From: Alphaproteobacteria bacterium
GTDB taxonomy: Bacteria > Pseudomonadota > Alphaproteobacteria > GCA-2731375
Assembly (NCBI GenBank): GCA_029937535.1
Contig: JAPYPT010000003.1
Span: forward strand, 1 to 56,006
Direction: 5' to 3'
Length of the DNA stretch: 56,006 bases
Shown: positions 47,545-56,006 of the stretch, piece by piece
Position numbering within the stretch: the stretch's first letter is position 1
Layout: each line of letters opens with the position of its first letter
The notes under the pieces: generated by a model
The model's input: the letters and a program-made list of their open reading frames with translations, nothing else
What the model was told of the DNA's origin: nothing
Databases searched by the model: none
Program-made: the position numbers and the translations under genes

Positions 47545-48714
47545 TTGGACGTCGAGAAACTGAGGGCGGAGACACCTGGTATAGCCGAGGGTATCCATTT
47601 GCTCGCCGCCGGTTCCGCCCTAATGCCGCAACCCGTTATTGATGCGGTGATCGATCATACCAAGCTGGAGGGGCGGCTGGGTGGCTATGAGGCGAAAGCG
47701 CAAATGGCGGAAAAACTGGATGGTGTCTACGACGTGGTTGCGGCGCTTATTGGAGCGGAGCGCCGGGAAATTGCCCTGATGGAAAACGCGACTGTGGCTT
47801 GGTGTCACGCTTTTTACGCCCTGCCCCTGGCGCCCGGCGCGCGCATTCTGACGTGCGAGGCGGAATACGCCGCCAATTATGTGGCCTTTCTTCAGCGGGC
47901 AAAAAAAGACAATCTTGTCATTGATGTAATACCGAACGATGCCAGCGGCGCGCTTGACCCAGGCGCCCTTGAAGCCATGATCGATGATCGCGTCGGCCTG
48001 ATCGCGACAACCTGGATTCCCACCAATGGTGGCCTGGTCAATCCGGCCGCCGCAGTCGGTCGCGTCGCCAGGAAACATAACATCCCCTATTTGCTGGATG
48101 CCTGCCAGGCGGTGGGACAGATGCCCGTGGATGTTGGCGCGCTGGGGTGTGATTTCCTGTCGGCGACGGGCCGCAAGTTTCTGCGCGGACCCAGGGGATC
48201 GGGGTTTTTGTATGTGGCGAAAAAATGGCTGGCGGATTTGGAGCCGGTCATGATCGACCACTTCGCCGCACCCTGGGTCGCCAGGGACCGCTATCAACTT
48301 CGCGATGACGCCCGGCGCTTTGAAAGCTGGGAGAATTCATATGCCTTGCGCGCCGGTTTGGGCGCGGCGGTGGAAATCGCGACGGCACTTGGGCTGGCGG
48401 CCATTCAAGACCGGACATGGGGTCTGGCGGCCACCTGCCGGGACATGCTGAAGGAGCTTCCAGGAGCAAAAATCAGAGATATCGGCACGGAGCAATGCGC
48501 CATCGTGAGCTTCACCATTGACGGGTTGGAGCCACGGCAAACCGTCGCCGACCTGTTGCGACAGGGCATTGCCATCGGCGCCTCCAGTCCCGCCAGCACC
48601 CGACTTGACGCCGAGGCCCGCGACCTGCCCGAGCTCTTGCGCCTCGCTCCCCATTACTACAATACCGAACAGGAATTGAAGCAGCTCATCCAGGCCTTGC
48701 GGGGCCTCGGATAG
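47545..48714 (+). CDS. Class V aminotransferase-fold PLP enzyme
   Basis: LLDACQAVGQ and SATGRKFLRGPRGSGFLY (PLP Lys); no persulfide-forming Cys motif. Confidence 0.88.
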   Translation: MDVEKLRAETPGIAEGIHLLAAGSALMPQPVIDAVIDHTKLEGRLGGYEAKAQMAEKLDGVYDVVAALIGAERREIALMENATVAWCHAFYALPLAPGARILTCEAEYAANYVAFLQRAKKDNLVIDVIPNDASGALDPGALEAMIDDRVGLIATTWIPTNGGLVNPAAAVGRVARKHNIPYLLDACQAVGQMPVDVGALGCDFLSATGRKFLRGPRGSGFLYVAKKWLADLEPVMIDHFAAPWVARDRYQLRDDARRFESWENSYALRAGLGAAVEIATALGLAAIQDRTWGLAATCRDMLKELPGAKIRDIGTEQCAIVSFTIDGLEPRQTVADLLRQGIAIGASSPASTRLDAEARDLPELLRLAPHYYNTEQELKQLIQALRGLG

Positions 48715-48797
48715 CTCCCTCGGCGGGGCTGGGCACTCCCGGCTTGTCCATGCTAGCGTTGCGGCAAGCCAAGGGATATCCGCCGGAGGGTCGGTGA

Positions 48798-49652
48798 TTG
48801 CAGTTCTGTAGAGCACATAGTCTTGACGAGGCGCTTGAGTTATTGGGCCAATGGGGCGGGGACGGCTGTCTTCTCGCCGGCGGCACGGACGTGATGGTGC
48901 AATATAATAGCGGCGCGATCACGCCGGGCGCCTTCATCCATATTGAGGGGATCGAACCGCTGTCGGCGATCTCGATCAATGGCCGGACCACCCTCGGCGC
49001 GCTCAACACCCACGCTAAACTTGCGGCCGATGGGGATATTGCCTCCCGCCACCCGGCGGTGGCCCGCGCCGCGCGCCTGGTGGGCGGGTGGCAAACCCAG
49101 ACGGTTGGGACCGTGGGGGGCAATCTTTGCAATGGCTCGCCGGCGGCCGACCTGGCGCCGCCGCTGCTGATTGCCGACGCCCACGTTACCTTGACCTCGC
49201 TGAATGGCGAGCGCCGCCTGCCGCTGGATGATTTTTTTATCGACCGTCGCGCCACCGCCCGCCGTCCCGACGAACTGCTGACACTGATCGACCTGGATCC
49301 GGTGCCGCCCCGTGGCGGTGAACACTATGTCAAGCTGGGCCGGCGGGGCGCCATGGATGTGGCCATCGTCGGTCTCGCCGCCCGCCTTGGTCTGGGTGAC
49401 GATGGCAATATTGCATTTGCACGGGTCGCGGTCTGTTCGGTGACGGCGACACCGCGGCGGATACGGGAGGTCGAGGCCGCGCTGGTGGGCGTCCCCCTGG
49501 AGGCCGGCGCCTTCGCGGCGGCGGGCCAGGCGCTGGTCGCGGCCGTATCGCCCATCGATGACGCGCGGGCCACGGCCTCCTATCGCCGGCGGGTTCTGCC
49601 CGGCCTGCTGGAACGGGCGGTATTGCGCTGTGGCGAGGACATCCGGCCATGA
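48798..49652 (+). CDS. Molybdenum hydroxylase FAD-binding subunit (CoxM/XdhA-like)
   Basis: LAGGTD and GTVGGNLCNGSPAADL. Confidence 0.9.
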   Translation: MQFCRAHSLDEALELLGQWGGDGCLLAGGTDVMVQYNSGAITPGAFIHIEGIEPLSAISINGRTTLGALNTHAKLAADGDIASRHPAVARAARLVGGWQTQTVGTVGGNLCNGSPAADLAPPLLIADAHVTLTSLNGERRLPLDDFFIDRRATARRPDELLTLIDLDPVPPRGGEHYVKLGRRGAMDVAIVGLAARLGLGDDGNIAFARVAVCSVTATPRRIREVEAALVGVPLEAGAFAAAGQALVAAVSPIDDARATASYRRRVLPGLLERAVLRCGEDIRP

Positions 49653-50131
49653 CCGATGATCAATCCGTGCCTGTCCGCTTCACGGTGAACGGCAGGGAAC
49701 AGGAGCTCCAGGTCGGAGCCGGCGAGACCCTGCTGCGGACATTGCGGGATCGATTGTACCTGACCGGCGCCAAGGAAGGCTGCCTTGAAGGCGAATGCGG
49801 GGCCTGCACGGTGCTGGTCGATGGCGCGCCGGTGGATTCCTGCATTCTGGCCACCGCCGCCATGGAGGGCCGTGAGGTCCGCACCGTCGAAGGGCTATCC
49901 CAGGTTGACCAAATCAGCCCCCTGCAGCAGGCCTTCCTCGATCATGCGGCGGTGCAATGCGGCTTCTGTATTCCGGGTATCCTGATGACCCTCACCGCGT
50001 TGCTTGAGAGGCAGCCGTCGCCAACCCGCGAGGGGATCGAAACGGCGCTGGCGGGCAATATCTGCCGCTGCACCGGGTACCGGCAGATTGTCGAAGCGGC
50101 CATGGCTGTCGCGGCGGAGGAGACTTCATGA
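49649..50131 (+). CDS. Molybdenum hydroxylase 2Fe-2S subunit (CoxS-like)
   Basis: GCLEGECGACTV, QCGFCIPG and CRCTGY. Confidence 0.95.
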   Translation: MTDDQSVPVRFTVNGREQELQVGAGETLLRTLRDRLYLTGAKEGCLEGECGACTVLVDGAPVDSCILATAAMEGREVRTVEGLSQVDQISPLQQAFLDHAAVQCGFCIPGILMTLTALLERQPSPTREGIETALAGNICRCTGYRQIVEAAMAVAAEETS

Positions 50132-52413
50132 CCGCCGTGGGAACAAGCGTCGTGAGGAGCGATGGCGAGGCCAAGGTGCGGGGCGACGCTATCTTTGGCG
50201 TCGATCTCGCCGTGCACGGCATGCTCCATGCCCGATTGCTGCGGGCTCCGGTTCCGGCCGGGTTCATCCGCCGTATCGACACCAGCCGGGCGGCGGCCAG
50301 CCCCGGCGTCCACGACGTCGTGACCGGGGCCGACGTTCGAAACGACCGCACCGGCATCGTCGTCTCCGATTCTCCGTTGTTCGCGGCGGACTACATCACC
50401 TACGAGGGCGAGCCGATCGCGGCGGTGGTGGCCGATACACCGGAGCTGGCGGAGGCCGCAATTCGGAAGATCGAGCTTGAAATAGACGAAACGGCCCCGG
50501 TGGCGACACCGGAACAGGCGTTGTCGCCAGGGTCCCGGCTGGTCCATCCCGCATGGGCCGAATTCGACATCGCCGGCGGGGCTGAGTTCGCCCGCGGCGG
50601 CAACATCGCGGCCGAGATCCTGTCGGACCCCGGCGACATCGATGCGGCATTCGCGGGCGCCGATCATGTGGTGGAGGATTCTTACCGGGCGCCGAGGCAA
50701 TATCAGGCGTATCTGGAGCCCAAAATGGCCTTGGCCACCTATGAGGCCGGACGCTACACGATCCAGGTCTCGCACCAGTATCCGTTCCGGATTCGCGACC
50801 GTCTGGCCCAGGTTCTCGACGTACCAAAATCAGCCATCCGCGTCGTTGGGCACCACATCGGCGGTGGTTTCGGCGCCAAGCTTGACCTTGGTCTGGAACC
50901 CTATGCCGCCGTGTTGGCCCGGCGCACGGGGCGGCCGATCAAAATGGTCAACACCGCGTCCGAAGAACGGCTGACGGCGCCCTGCCGGGATAATGCGACG
51001 GTGAAGATCCGTTCCGCCGTAGGGCGCGACGGCACGATCCTGGCCCAGGATGTGGACGTGGTCTACGACAGCGGCGCCTACGCCAACAATGGGCCCGCCT
51101 TGGTCAGCATTCCCATGTTCATGTATGGCTCGATCTACCGCGTCGGTACGGTGCGGATCCGCTCCCGCATGGCCTATACCAACACGGCGCCGACCGGCGC
51201 CTTCCGGGGCGTCAGCGGACCCTATCTGGTGTTCGCCGCCGAGCGGCACATGGATCACATCGCCAATGAGCTTGGCCGCGACCGGCGGGAGTACCGCCTG
51301 GCCTCGCTGGCCGCTGACGGCCACAAAATGCGCAACGGCCAGGCCCTGGAACAGCTTTCCATCCTGCGCGAGGCCTTCGATCTGGTGGAAGAACACGTGC
51401 CATGGGCTGGAAGTGGCCAGGGCCAACAAAGCAACGGAAAGCTGCGGGGCATCGGGATCGCGGCGGCCGTCTGGCTGACCAATCCCGCCCCTGGGCAGGC
51501 CACGGTGAAACTGAACGAGGACGGCACGCTGACGGTGGTGACCGCCGCCACCGACAGCGGCTCGGGCGCCGTGTTTACGGGCCTGCGGCAGATCGCCGCC
51601 GAATGCCTGGGGCTTGCCGCCGATCAGGTCACCATCACCATGCCCGACACCGATGTCGCGGGCTTCGATGCCGGCTCCCAAGGCAGCCGCACGACCCATG
51701 TAGCGGGCCGCGCCGTCCTTGATGCGACCACTGAAGTCCGAAAACGGGTGCTCGAAAAAGCCGCCTCGATGCTGGAGGCGGCGAGCGAGGATCTGGTGAT
51801 CGAGGATGGCGACATTCATGTGGCCGGCGTCCCGGACATGCGGGTGAGTATAAGCCAGGTCGCCATGGCTGCGACCTTTGGCCAGGGTCCGATCGTCGGA
51901 ACCGGTTCATACACCACGCCGCCGCCGCCCCATGATCCAGCATGCACGACGGGGATGCTGTTCTCCACCTGGCCGACGCCCACCTACCATGTTCACTACG
52001 CCGAAGTTGAGGTCGACCCGGTCACCGGCCAGGTCAGCGTAGAGCGTTATGTGATCGCCCAGGAAGTAGGCCGGGCGATCAACCCCGATGCCATCATGGG
52101 CCAGGTCCAGGGCGGCGTCGCGCAAGGGCTTGGCTATGCCCTGTGGGAACGGATGGATATCGAAGACGCCAGATATGTACAGCGCAATTTCGAGACCCAT
52201 GGACTGCCGCTGGCCTGCGACATGCCAGAGGTCGAAGCCATCCTGATGGAACACCCCGAGGCCGCTGGCCCCTATGGCGCCAAGGGTGCGGCCGAGCCAC
52301 CCATCGTGCCCGTGGCCGCCGTGATCGCCAACGCGGTGTCGGATGCCATTGGCGCGCCCATCGATACCATACCCATCACGCCCGAGGCCGTCCTCGAGGC
52401 GCTCGAGCGATGA
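50128..52413 (+). CDS. Xanthine dehydrogenase-family molybdopterin subunit (CoxL-like, not CO dehydrogenase)
   Basis: GGGFGAK, GAFRG, QGGVAQGLG and catalytic Glu in GAKGAAEPP. Confidence 0.93.
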   Translation: MTAVGTSVVRSDGEAKVRGDAIFGVDLAVHGMLHARLLRAPVPAGFIRRIDTSRAAASPGVHDVVTGADVRNDRTGIVVSDSPLFAADYITYEGEPIAAVVADTPELAEAAIRKIELEIDETAPVATPEQALSPGSRLVHPAWAEFDIAGGAEFARGGNIAAEILSDPGDIDAAFAGADHVVEDSYRAPRQYQAYLEPKMALATYEAGRYTIQVSHQYPFRIRDRLAQVLDVPKSAIRVVGHHIGGGFGAKLDLGLEPYAAVLARRTGRPIKMVNTASEERLTAPCRDNATVKIRSAVGRDGTILAQDVDVVYDSGAYANNGPALVSIPMFMYGSIYRVGTVRIRSRMAYTNTAPTGAFRGVSGPYLVFAAERHMDHIANELGRDRREYRLASLAADGHKMRNGQALEQLSILREAFDLVEEHVPWAGSGQGQQSNGKLRGIGIAAAVWLTNPAPGQATVKLNEDGTLTVVTAATDSGSGAVFTGLRQIAAECLGLAADQVTITMPDTDVAGFDAGSQGSRTTHVAGRAVLDATTEVRKRVLEKAASMLEAASEDLVIEDGDIHVAGVPDMRVSISQVAMAATFGQGPIVGTGSYTTPPPPHDPACTTGMLFSTWPTPTYHVHYAEVEVDPVTGQVSVERYVIAQEVGRAINPDAIMGQVQGGVAQGLGYALWERMDIEDARYVQRNFETHGLPLACDMPEVEAILMEHPEAAGPYGAKGAAEPPIVPVAAVIANAVSDAIGAPIDTIPITPEAVLEALER

Positions 52414-52434
52414 AAAACATATAGGTAAGCCGTC

Positions 52435-53424
52435 ATGAGTGCTGAACATCCCATTGGCTTGGTTCTCGGCAGCGCCGTCGCGCCGGAGCAGATACAACAA
52501 TCGGCGGCGGCGGCGGAGGCCTGCGGTTTCGATGAAATCTGGCTGGCCGAGGACTATTTTTTTACCGGCGGCATCTCCGGCGCGTCCCTGGTGCTGGGCG
52601 CCACATCGCATATTACGGTCGGTCTCGGGGTGGTCTCGGCCGTGGCCCGTCACCCGGCTTTACTGGCCATGGAAATCGCCACCCTGAGCCGTGTGCACAA
52701 GGACCGTCTTATCGCCGGCATCGGCCTCGGCGTGCCGGCCTGGGTGCGCCAGATGGGCCTGCATCCCGCCTCGCCCCTGGGCGCGCTGCGCGAATGCGTG
52801 ACCGCCACCAAATCGCTTTTGCGGGGCGAGACCATGGATGTACGGGGCGACGTATTTACCTTCAACGACGTCACCCTGGTCTACCCGGAGACCGGCGCGC
52901 CGACGCCGGTGCGCATGGGCGTGATCGGCCCGAAGATGCTGCAGCTATCGGGCGAGGTGGCCGATGGCTCGGTCCTCTCGGTTTCCGCCGGGCACGACTA
53001 CGTACGCTGGGCCAAGGCGCGCATTGACGAAGGTCGGGAGAAGGCTGGGCGCACCGATGCCCATCCGATCACCGTGTTCGCCATCTATGCGGTGGATGAC
53101 GACGGCGACGCGGCGCGGGCCTCGGCCCGGTCCCGATTGGCATTCTACCGGCAGAACGGATCGAACGGTCTGACCGACGTTTACGGTATCTCCGATGAGC
53201 TGAACGATCTGGTCAAGCGCGGCGGCTTTGAGGCGGTGCTGGACGGGATGCCGGACGCTTGGGTGGAGGATCTGACCATCGCCGGCACGCCGGAAGAATG
53301 CGCGGCGAAGATTTCAGGGTTCTACGCGGCGGGCGCCGACGCGGTGGCCCTGTTCCCCGTGGCCACGGACCGAATTGACGAGATCGTCCGGCTGACCGCG
53401 GATCAGGTCCTGCCCCGGCTCTAA
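52435..53424 (+). CDS. LLM-class flavin-dependent oxidoreductase (Mer-like)
   Basis: GFDEIWLAED, RHPALLAMEIATL, GIGLG, GPKMLQLSGEVADG and AGTPEEC. Confidence 0.9.
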   Translation: MSAEHPIGLVLGSAVAPEQIQQSAAAAEACGFDEIWLAEDYFFTGGISGASLVLGATSHITVGLGVVSAVARHPALLAMEIATLSRVHKDRLIAGIGLGVPAWVRQMGLHPASPLGALRECVTATKSLLRGETMDVRGDVFTFNDVTLVYPETGAPTPVRMGVIGPKMLQLSGEVADGSVLSVSAGHDYVRWAKARIDEGREKAGRTDAHPITVFAIYAVDDDGDAARASARSRLAFYRQNGSNGLTDVYGISDELNDLVKRGGFEAVLDGMPDAWVEDLTIAGTPEECAAKISGFYAAGADAVALFPVATDRIDEIVRLTADQVLPRL

Positions 53425-53454
53425 ATACGATCAACGCAGCGGCGAGGTTGGAAA

Positions 53455-54504
53455 ATGCGTTTTGGAATTCAATTTTTCCCCGATGTCGGGCCGGAGGTGA
53501 AGTCGGCGCAAGATTACTGGCGGGAAGCCCTGCATCTGGTCTCCCTTTGCGACGAACTTGGTTTCGATAATGTCCGTACGGTGGAACATTATTTCCATCC
53601 CTACGGCGGCTATAGCCCGAACCCGATTGTCTTTCTGGCCGCCGCCGCCATGCGCACGGCAAAGGCGCGTTTGATTACCGGCGCGGTGTTGCCGGTGTTC
53701 AACAACCCGCTGAAGCTCGCGGCCGAGATCGCCATGCTGGATGCGATCAGCGGGGGCCGATTGGACGTCGGCTTTGCCCGGGCGTTCCTGCCACATGAGT
53801 TTGCCCATTTCAAAGTGTCATTGGATGAAAGCCGCGCCCGTTTCGATGAAGGCGTGGAACAGGTGCGCTTGTTGCTGGAAAATGAAAGCGCCAGCCACGA
53901 TGGTGAATTTCATGCCTTTGAAAACGTCACCTCCCTGCCCCGCCCGACCCAGCAACCGCGCCCGCCCTTCTGGATTGCCGCCCTGGCGACACCGCAAAGT
54001 TTCGAAGGCGCCGGCCGCGCCGGGCACGGCATCATGGCGATCCCCATGGCGGGGGCCATGATGGCGGATTTGATTGGCCTATACCGTGAAAATTGGCGGG
54101 CCGCCGGCCATCCCGGAGACGGCCAGGTTATGTTGGCGTTTCATATGCTCTGCCACGCCGACGGGGGCCGGGCGGCGCGGATCGCACGCGATCCTCTCAA
54201 TCGATATTTGAAGTCCCTGGTGGATGGCGCGTCCCATTGGTTGGGAGGCTCCAATTCCGCCGATTATCCCGGCTACGACAAGATCATCGCCTCCCTGAAC
54301 GCGGAAACCTTCGATACCCAGGTCGAAAAGGGCGCCGCCTGGGTCGGAGAACCCGCCGCGATCATCGACACCATCAAGCGTTATGAGAAAATGGTCGGTG
54401 GCTTTGAAATCGCCTCCCTGCAGGTAAACTTCAACACCGTCGCCGTGGAAGACGCCGAAGCCTCGATGCGGCTATTTTCCGAGACGGTCATGCCTGGGTT
54501 TTAG
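53455..54504 (+). CDS. LLM-class monooxygenase (bacterial luciferase-like)
   Basis: GFDNVRTVEHYF, NPLKLAAEIAMLDAISGGRLDVGFARAF and PRPTQQPRPPFW. Confidence 0.9.
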   Translation: MRFGIQFFPDVGPEVKSAQDYWREALHLVSLCDELGFDNVRTVEHYFHPYGGYSPNPIVFLAAAAMRTAKARLITGAVLPVFNNPLKLAAEIAMLDAISGGRLDVGFARAFLPHEFAHFKVSLDESRARFDEGVEQVRLLLENESASHDGEFHAFENVTSLPRPTQQPRPPFWIAALATPQSFEGAGRAGHGIMAIPMAGAMMADLIGLYRENWRAAGHPGDGQVMLAFHMLCHADGGRAARIARDPLNRYLKSLVDGASHWLGGSNSADYPGYDKIIASLNAETFDTQVEKGAAWVGEPAAIIDTIKRYEKMVGGFEIASLQVNFNTVAVEDAEASMRLFSETVMPGF

Positions 54505-54921
54505 CGTATTTTCATCACTGGATCGGAAATCTCCCGTGATATCGGCGCCAAAAGCAAGAGGCGGACCGTGCGGCCTTCCTTCATTAAGATGGTAGCGTCC
54601 CCTTTTTTTATCCTTCGGCGGGCCTACCCGTACCCGGTAAAATCGATACCAGGCCAAAAGCGGCCAAATAGATCACCAACACCACGGCAGCCAAAAATGC
54701 CGAATATTATTCTCATGGGCCGGCCCTCTGGGCTGCCTCAGGAAATTGGCGATCATATTAAGTGACGGTTCGCCATTTTAAGGTGGCGGTATTGAGAATT
54801 ATTGTACCTACGCTGAACCCCGCCAACAGAGCTCGCACGACGTTTTCATCAAACATCTTGCCCGCGACTTTCGATTGCATGTTAGAATCGGCATACAATT
54901 GTCAAAGCTGAAGGAGGTGAT

Positions 54922-55911
54922 ATGCCGACCGATGGAACGACGGCTATTTCTTGCCCGATTTGTGCCAACGCGGATGCCGAGGTAGGGGCGTCAGGCCTGG
55001 GCGACTATCGGCTCTTCAGGTGCCCCCAGTGTGGTGATTTCGGGCTTGCCGCCACAGCCCTTACACTTCTACCTAAATACCTTGAGGACTGGAACGATGC
55101 CGCCGCAGTTCTCTCGTACTTCGTCAATCGAATGCCAGGGTCACCACCTCACGACGTGCCAATACTGAATTCCGATGACATCAAGAACATCGTCGTCAAC
55201 GGAAGCCTGCCGACGCCTGCAGCTCAAGCCGATAATCTACTTCGCTGGATCGGCGACAATGTGCCTGGGCCGGGGGAAACCGTTTCGATTGAGCCCAAAA
55301 TCATGGCCGCCGTAGTGGGCGCAAAATCAGGCAAGGGAGTGCAGTACATCCTTGAGGGACTTGAAGAAAATGGTCTTATTCAAGGTGCGATCATAAAAAC
55401 GTTTAGTGGGCAATCAGGCGGACACGTCACGCCGTCTTTTGCCGGTTGGGGATGGATTGAAGAATTACAGCGTGGCGCCGCAACGGGCAACATGGCTTTC
55501 ATGGCTATGCAATATGGCGAAGAAGCGCTCGACAATTTTGTGCGAGATCATTTCGCTCCGGCAGTCGCGGAAACAGGTTTCCACCTCCAAAGACTGGATG
55601 ACGTGCCGAAGGCCGGCCTGATTGACGACCGATTGCGGGTTGAAATCCAATCCTGCCGGTTCCTTATTGCCGATCTGAGCCACGCCAACAACGGAGCCTA
55701 TTGGGAGGCTGGCTATGCTGAAGGCCTGGGCAAGCCGGAAATTTACACCTGTGAGCAGTCAGCGTTCGATCAGAACAAAACCCACTTTGACACCAATCAC
55801 CATCTGACGGTGATCTGGTCCTATGACGATCCGGAGAAGGCGGCGGACAATCTGAAAGCAACTATACGAGCAACACTGCCCGACGCCGCCCGACAAACCG
55901 CAGAAGTCTGA
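54922..55911 (+). CDS. Hypothetical protein: N-terminal Zn ribbon plus C-terminal nucleoside 2-deoxyribosyltransferase-like domain
   Basis: CPIC...CPQC; C-terminal FMAMQY...IDDRLRVEIQSCRFLIADLSHANNGAYWEAGYAEGLGKP...HFD matches the NDT/Rcl-like pattern; AAGGAGG RBS. Confidence 0.75.
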   Translation: MPTDGTTAISCPICANADAEVGASGLGDYRLFRCPQCGDFGLAATALTLLPKYLEDWNDAAAVLSYFVNRMPGSPPHDVPILNSDDIKNIVVNGSLPTPAAQADNLLRWIGDNVPGPGETVSIEPKIMAAVVGAKSGKGVQYILEGLEENGLIQGAIIKTFSGQSGGHVTPSFAGWGWIEELQRGAATGNMAFMAMQYGEEALDNFVRDHFAPAVAETGFHLQRLDDVPKAGLIDDRLRVEIQSCRFLIADLSHANNGAYWEAGYAEGLGKPEIYTCEQSAFDQNKTHFDTNHHLTVIWSYDDPEKAADNLKATIRATLPDAARQTAEV

Positions 55912-56006
55912 TTGCTGATCTTCTAATATTCGAAGGGACCTTAGCCATGCGTCTAATTTCCATGGTCAGGGTTAGATCCTCCGTCTTCAGACGGACAGCT
56001 TCAGCA

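Noticed and set aside
47545-48714. Cysteine desulfurase (iscS/sufS)
   Set aside because: The catalytic Cys motif is absent
48798-52413. Aerobic CO dehydrogenase (coxMSL)
   Set aside because: The large subunit lacks AYxCSFR (form I) and AYxGAGR (form II), reading AFRGVSGP instead; no coxDEFG accessory genes are present
1-56006. tRNA, rRNA, integrase or transposase genes
   Set aside because: None recognised by eye; tRNAscan-SE, Infernal and ISfinder searches would be needed to exclude them formally

Overview
A 56-kb GC-rich chromosomal segment from an alphaproteobacterium, probably Rhodospirillales-like. This rests on the RegB/RegA pair, an RpoH2-type sigma factor, GlnE, and the conserved ffh-rpsP-rimM-trmD-rplS-leuC-leuD-leuB block. 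The housekeeping core (about 20-40 kb) is flanked by catabolic gene clusters. At 0-3.4 kb are a sphingosine-1-phosphate-lyase-like PLP enzyme, an SDR, a hydroxyacid dehydrogenase and an MFS transporter. At 14.5-20 kb are a carotenoid/stilbene-cleavage dioxygenase, an LLM, an MFS and a ThDP enzyme. At 41.5-54.5 kb is an island with five luciferase-like monooxygenases, a TauD dioxygenase, an amidohydrolase, a class-V PLP enzyme and a three-subunit molybdenum hydroxylase. There are two type II toxin-antitoxin loci (HigBA and RES-Xre) and a Zn-ribbon/NDT-like lone gene at the right end. The most striking non-coding feature is a family of 105-117 bp double-hairpin intergenic elements (six full copies and one truncated) with GAGCA...TGCTC stems, apparent TA target duplications and compensatory base changes. 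One copy splits higB from higA, one supplies the amidase stop codon directly upstream of regB, and three punctuate the rplS-leu region. The ORF track missed rpsU (which has only a CTG start), a 50-aa Arg-repeat microprotein and the edge MFS gene. No rRNA, tRNA, CRISPR array or transposase was recognised. All family assignments come from motif recognition by eye; no database searches were run.
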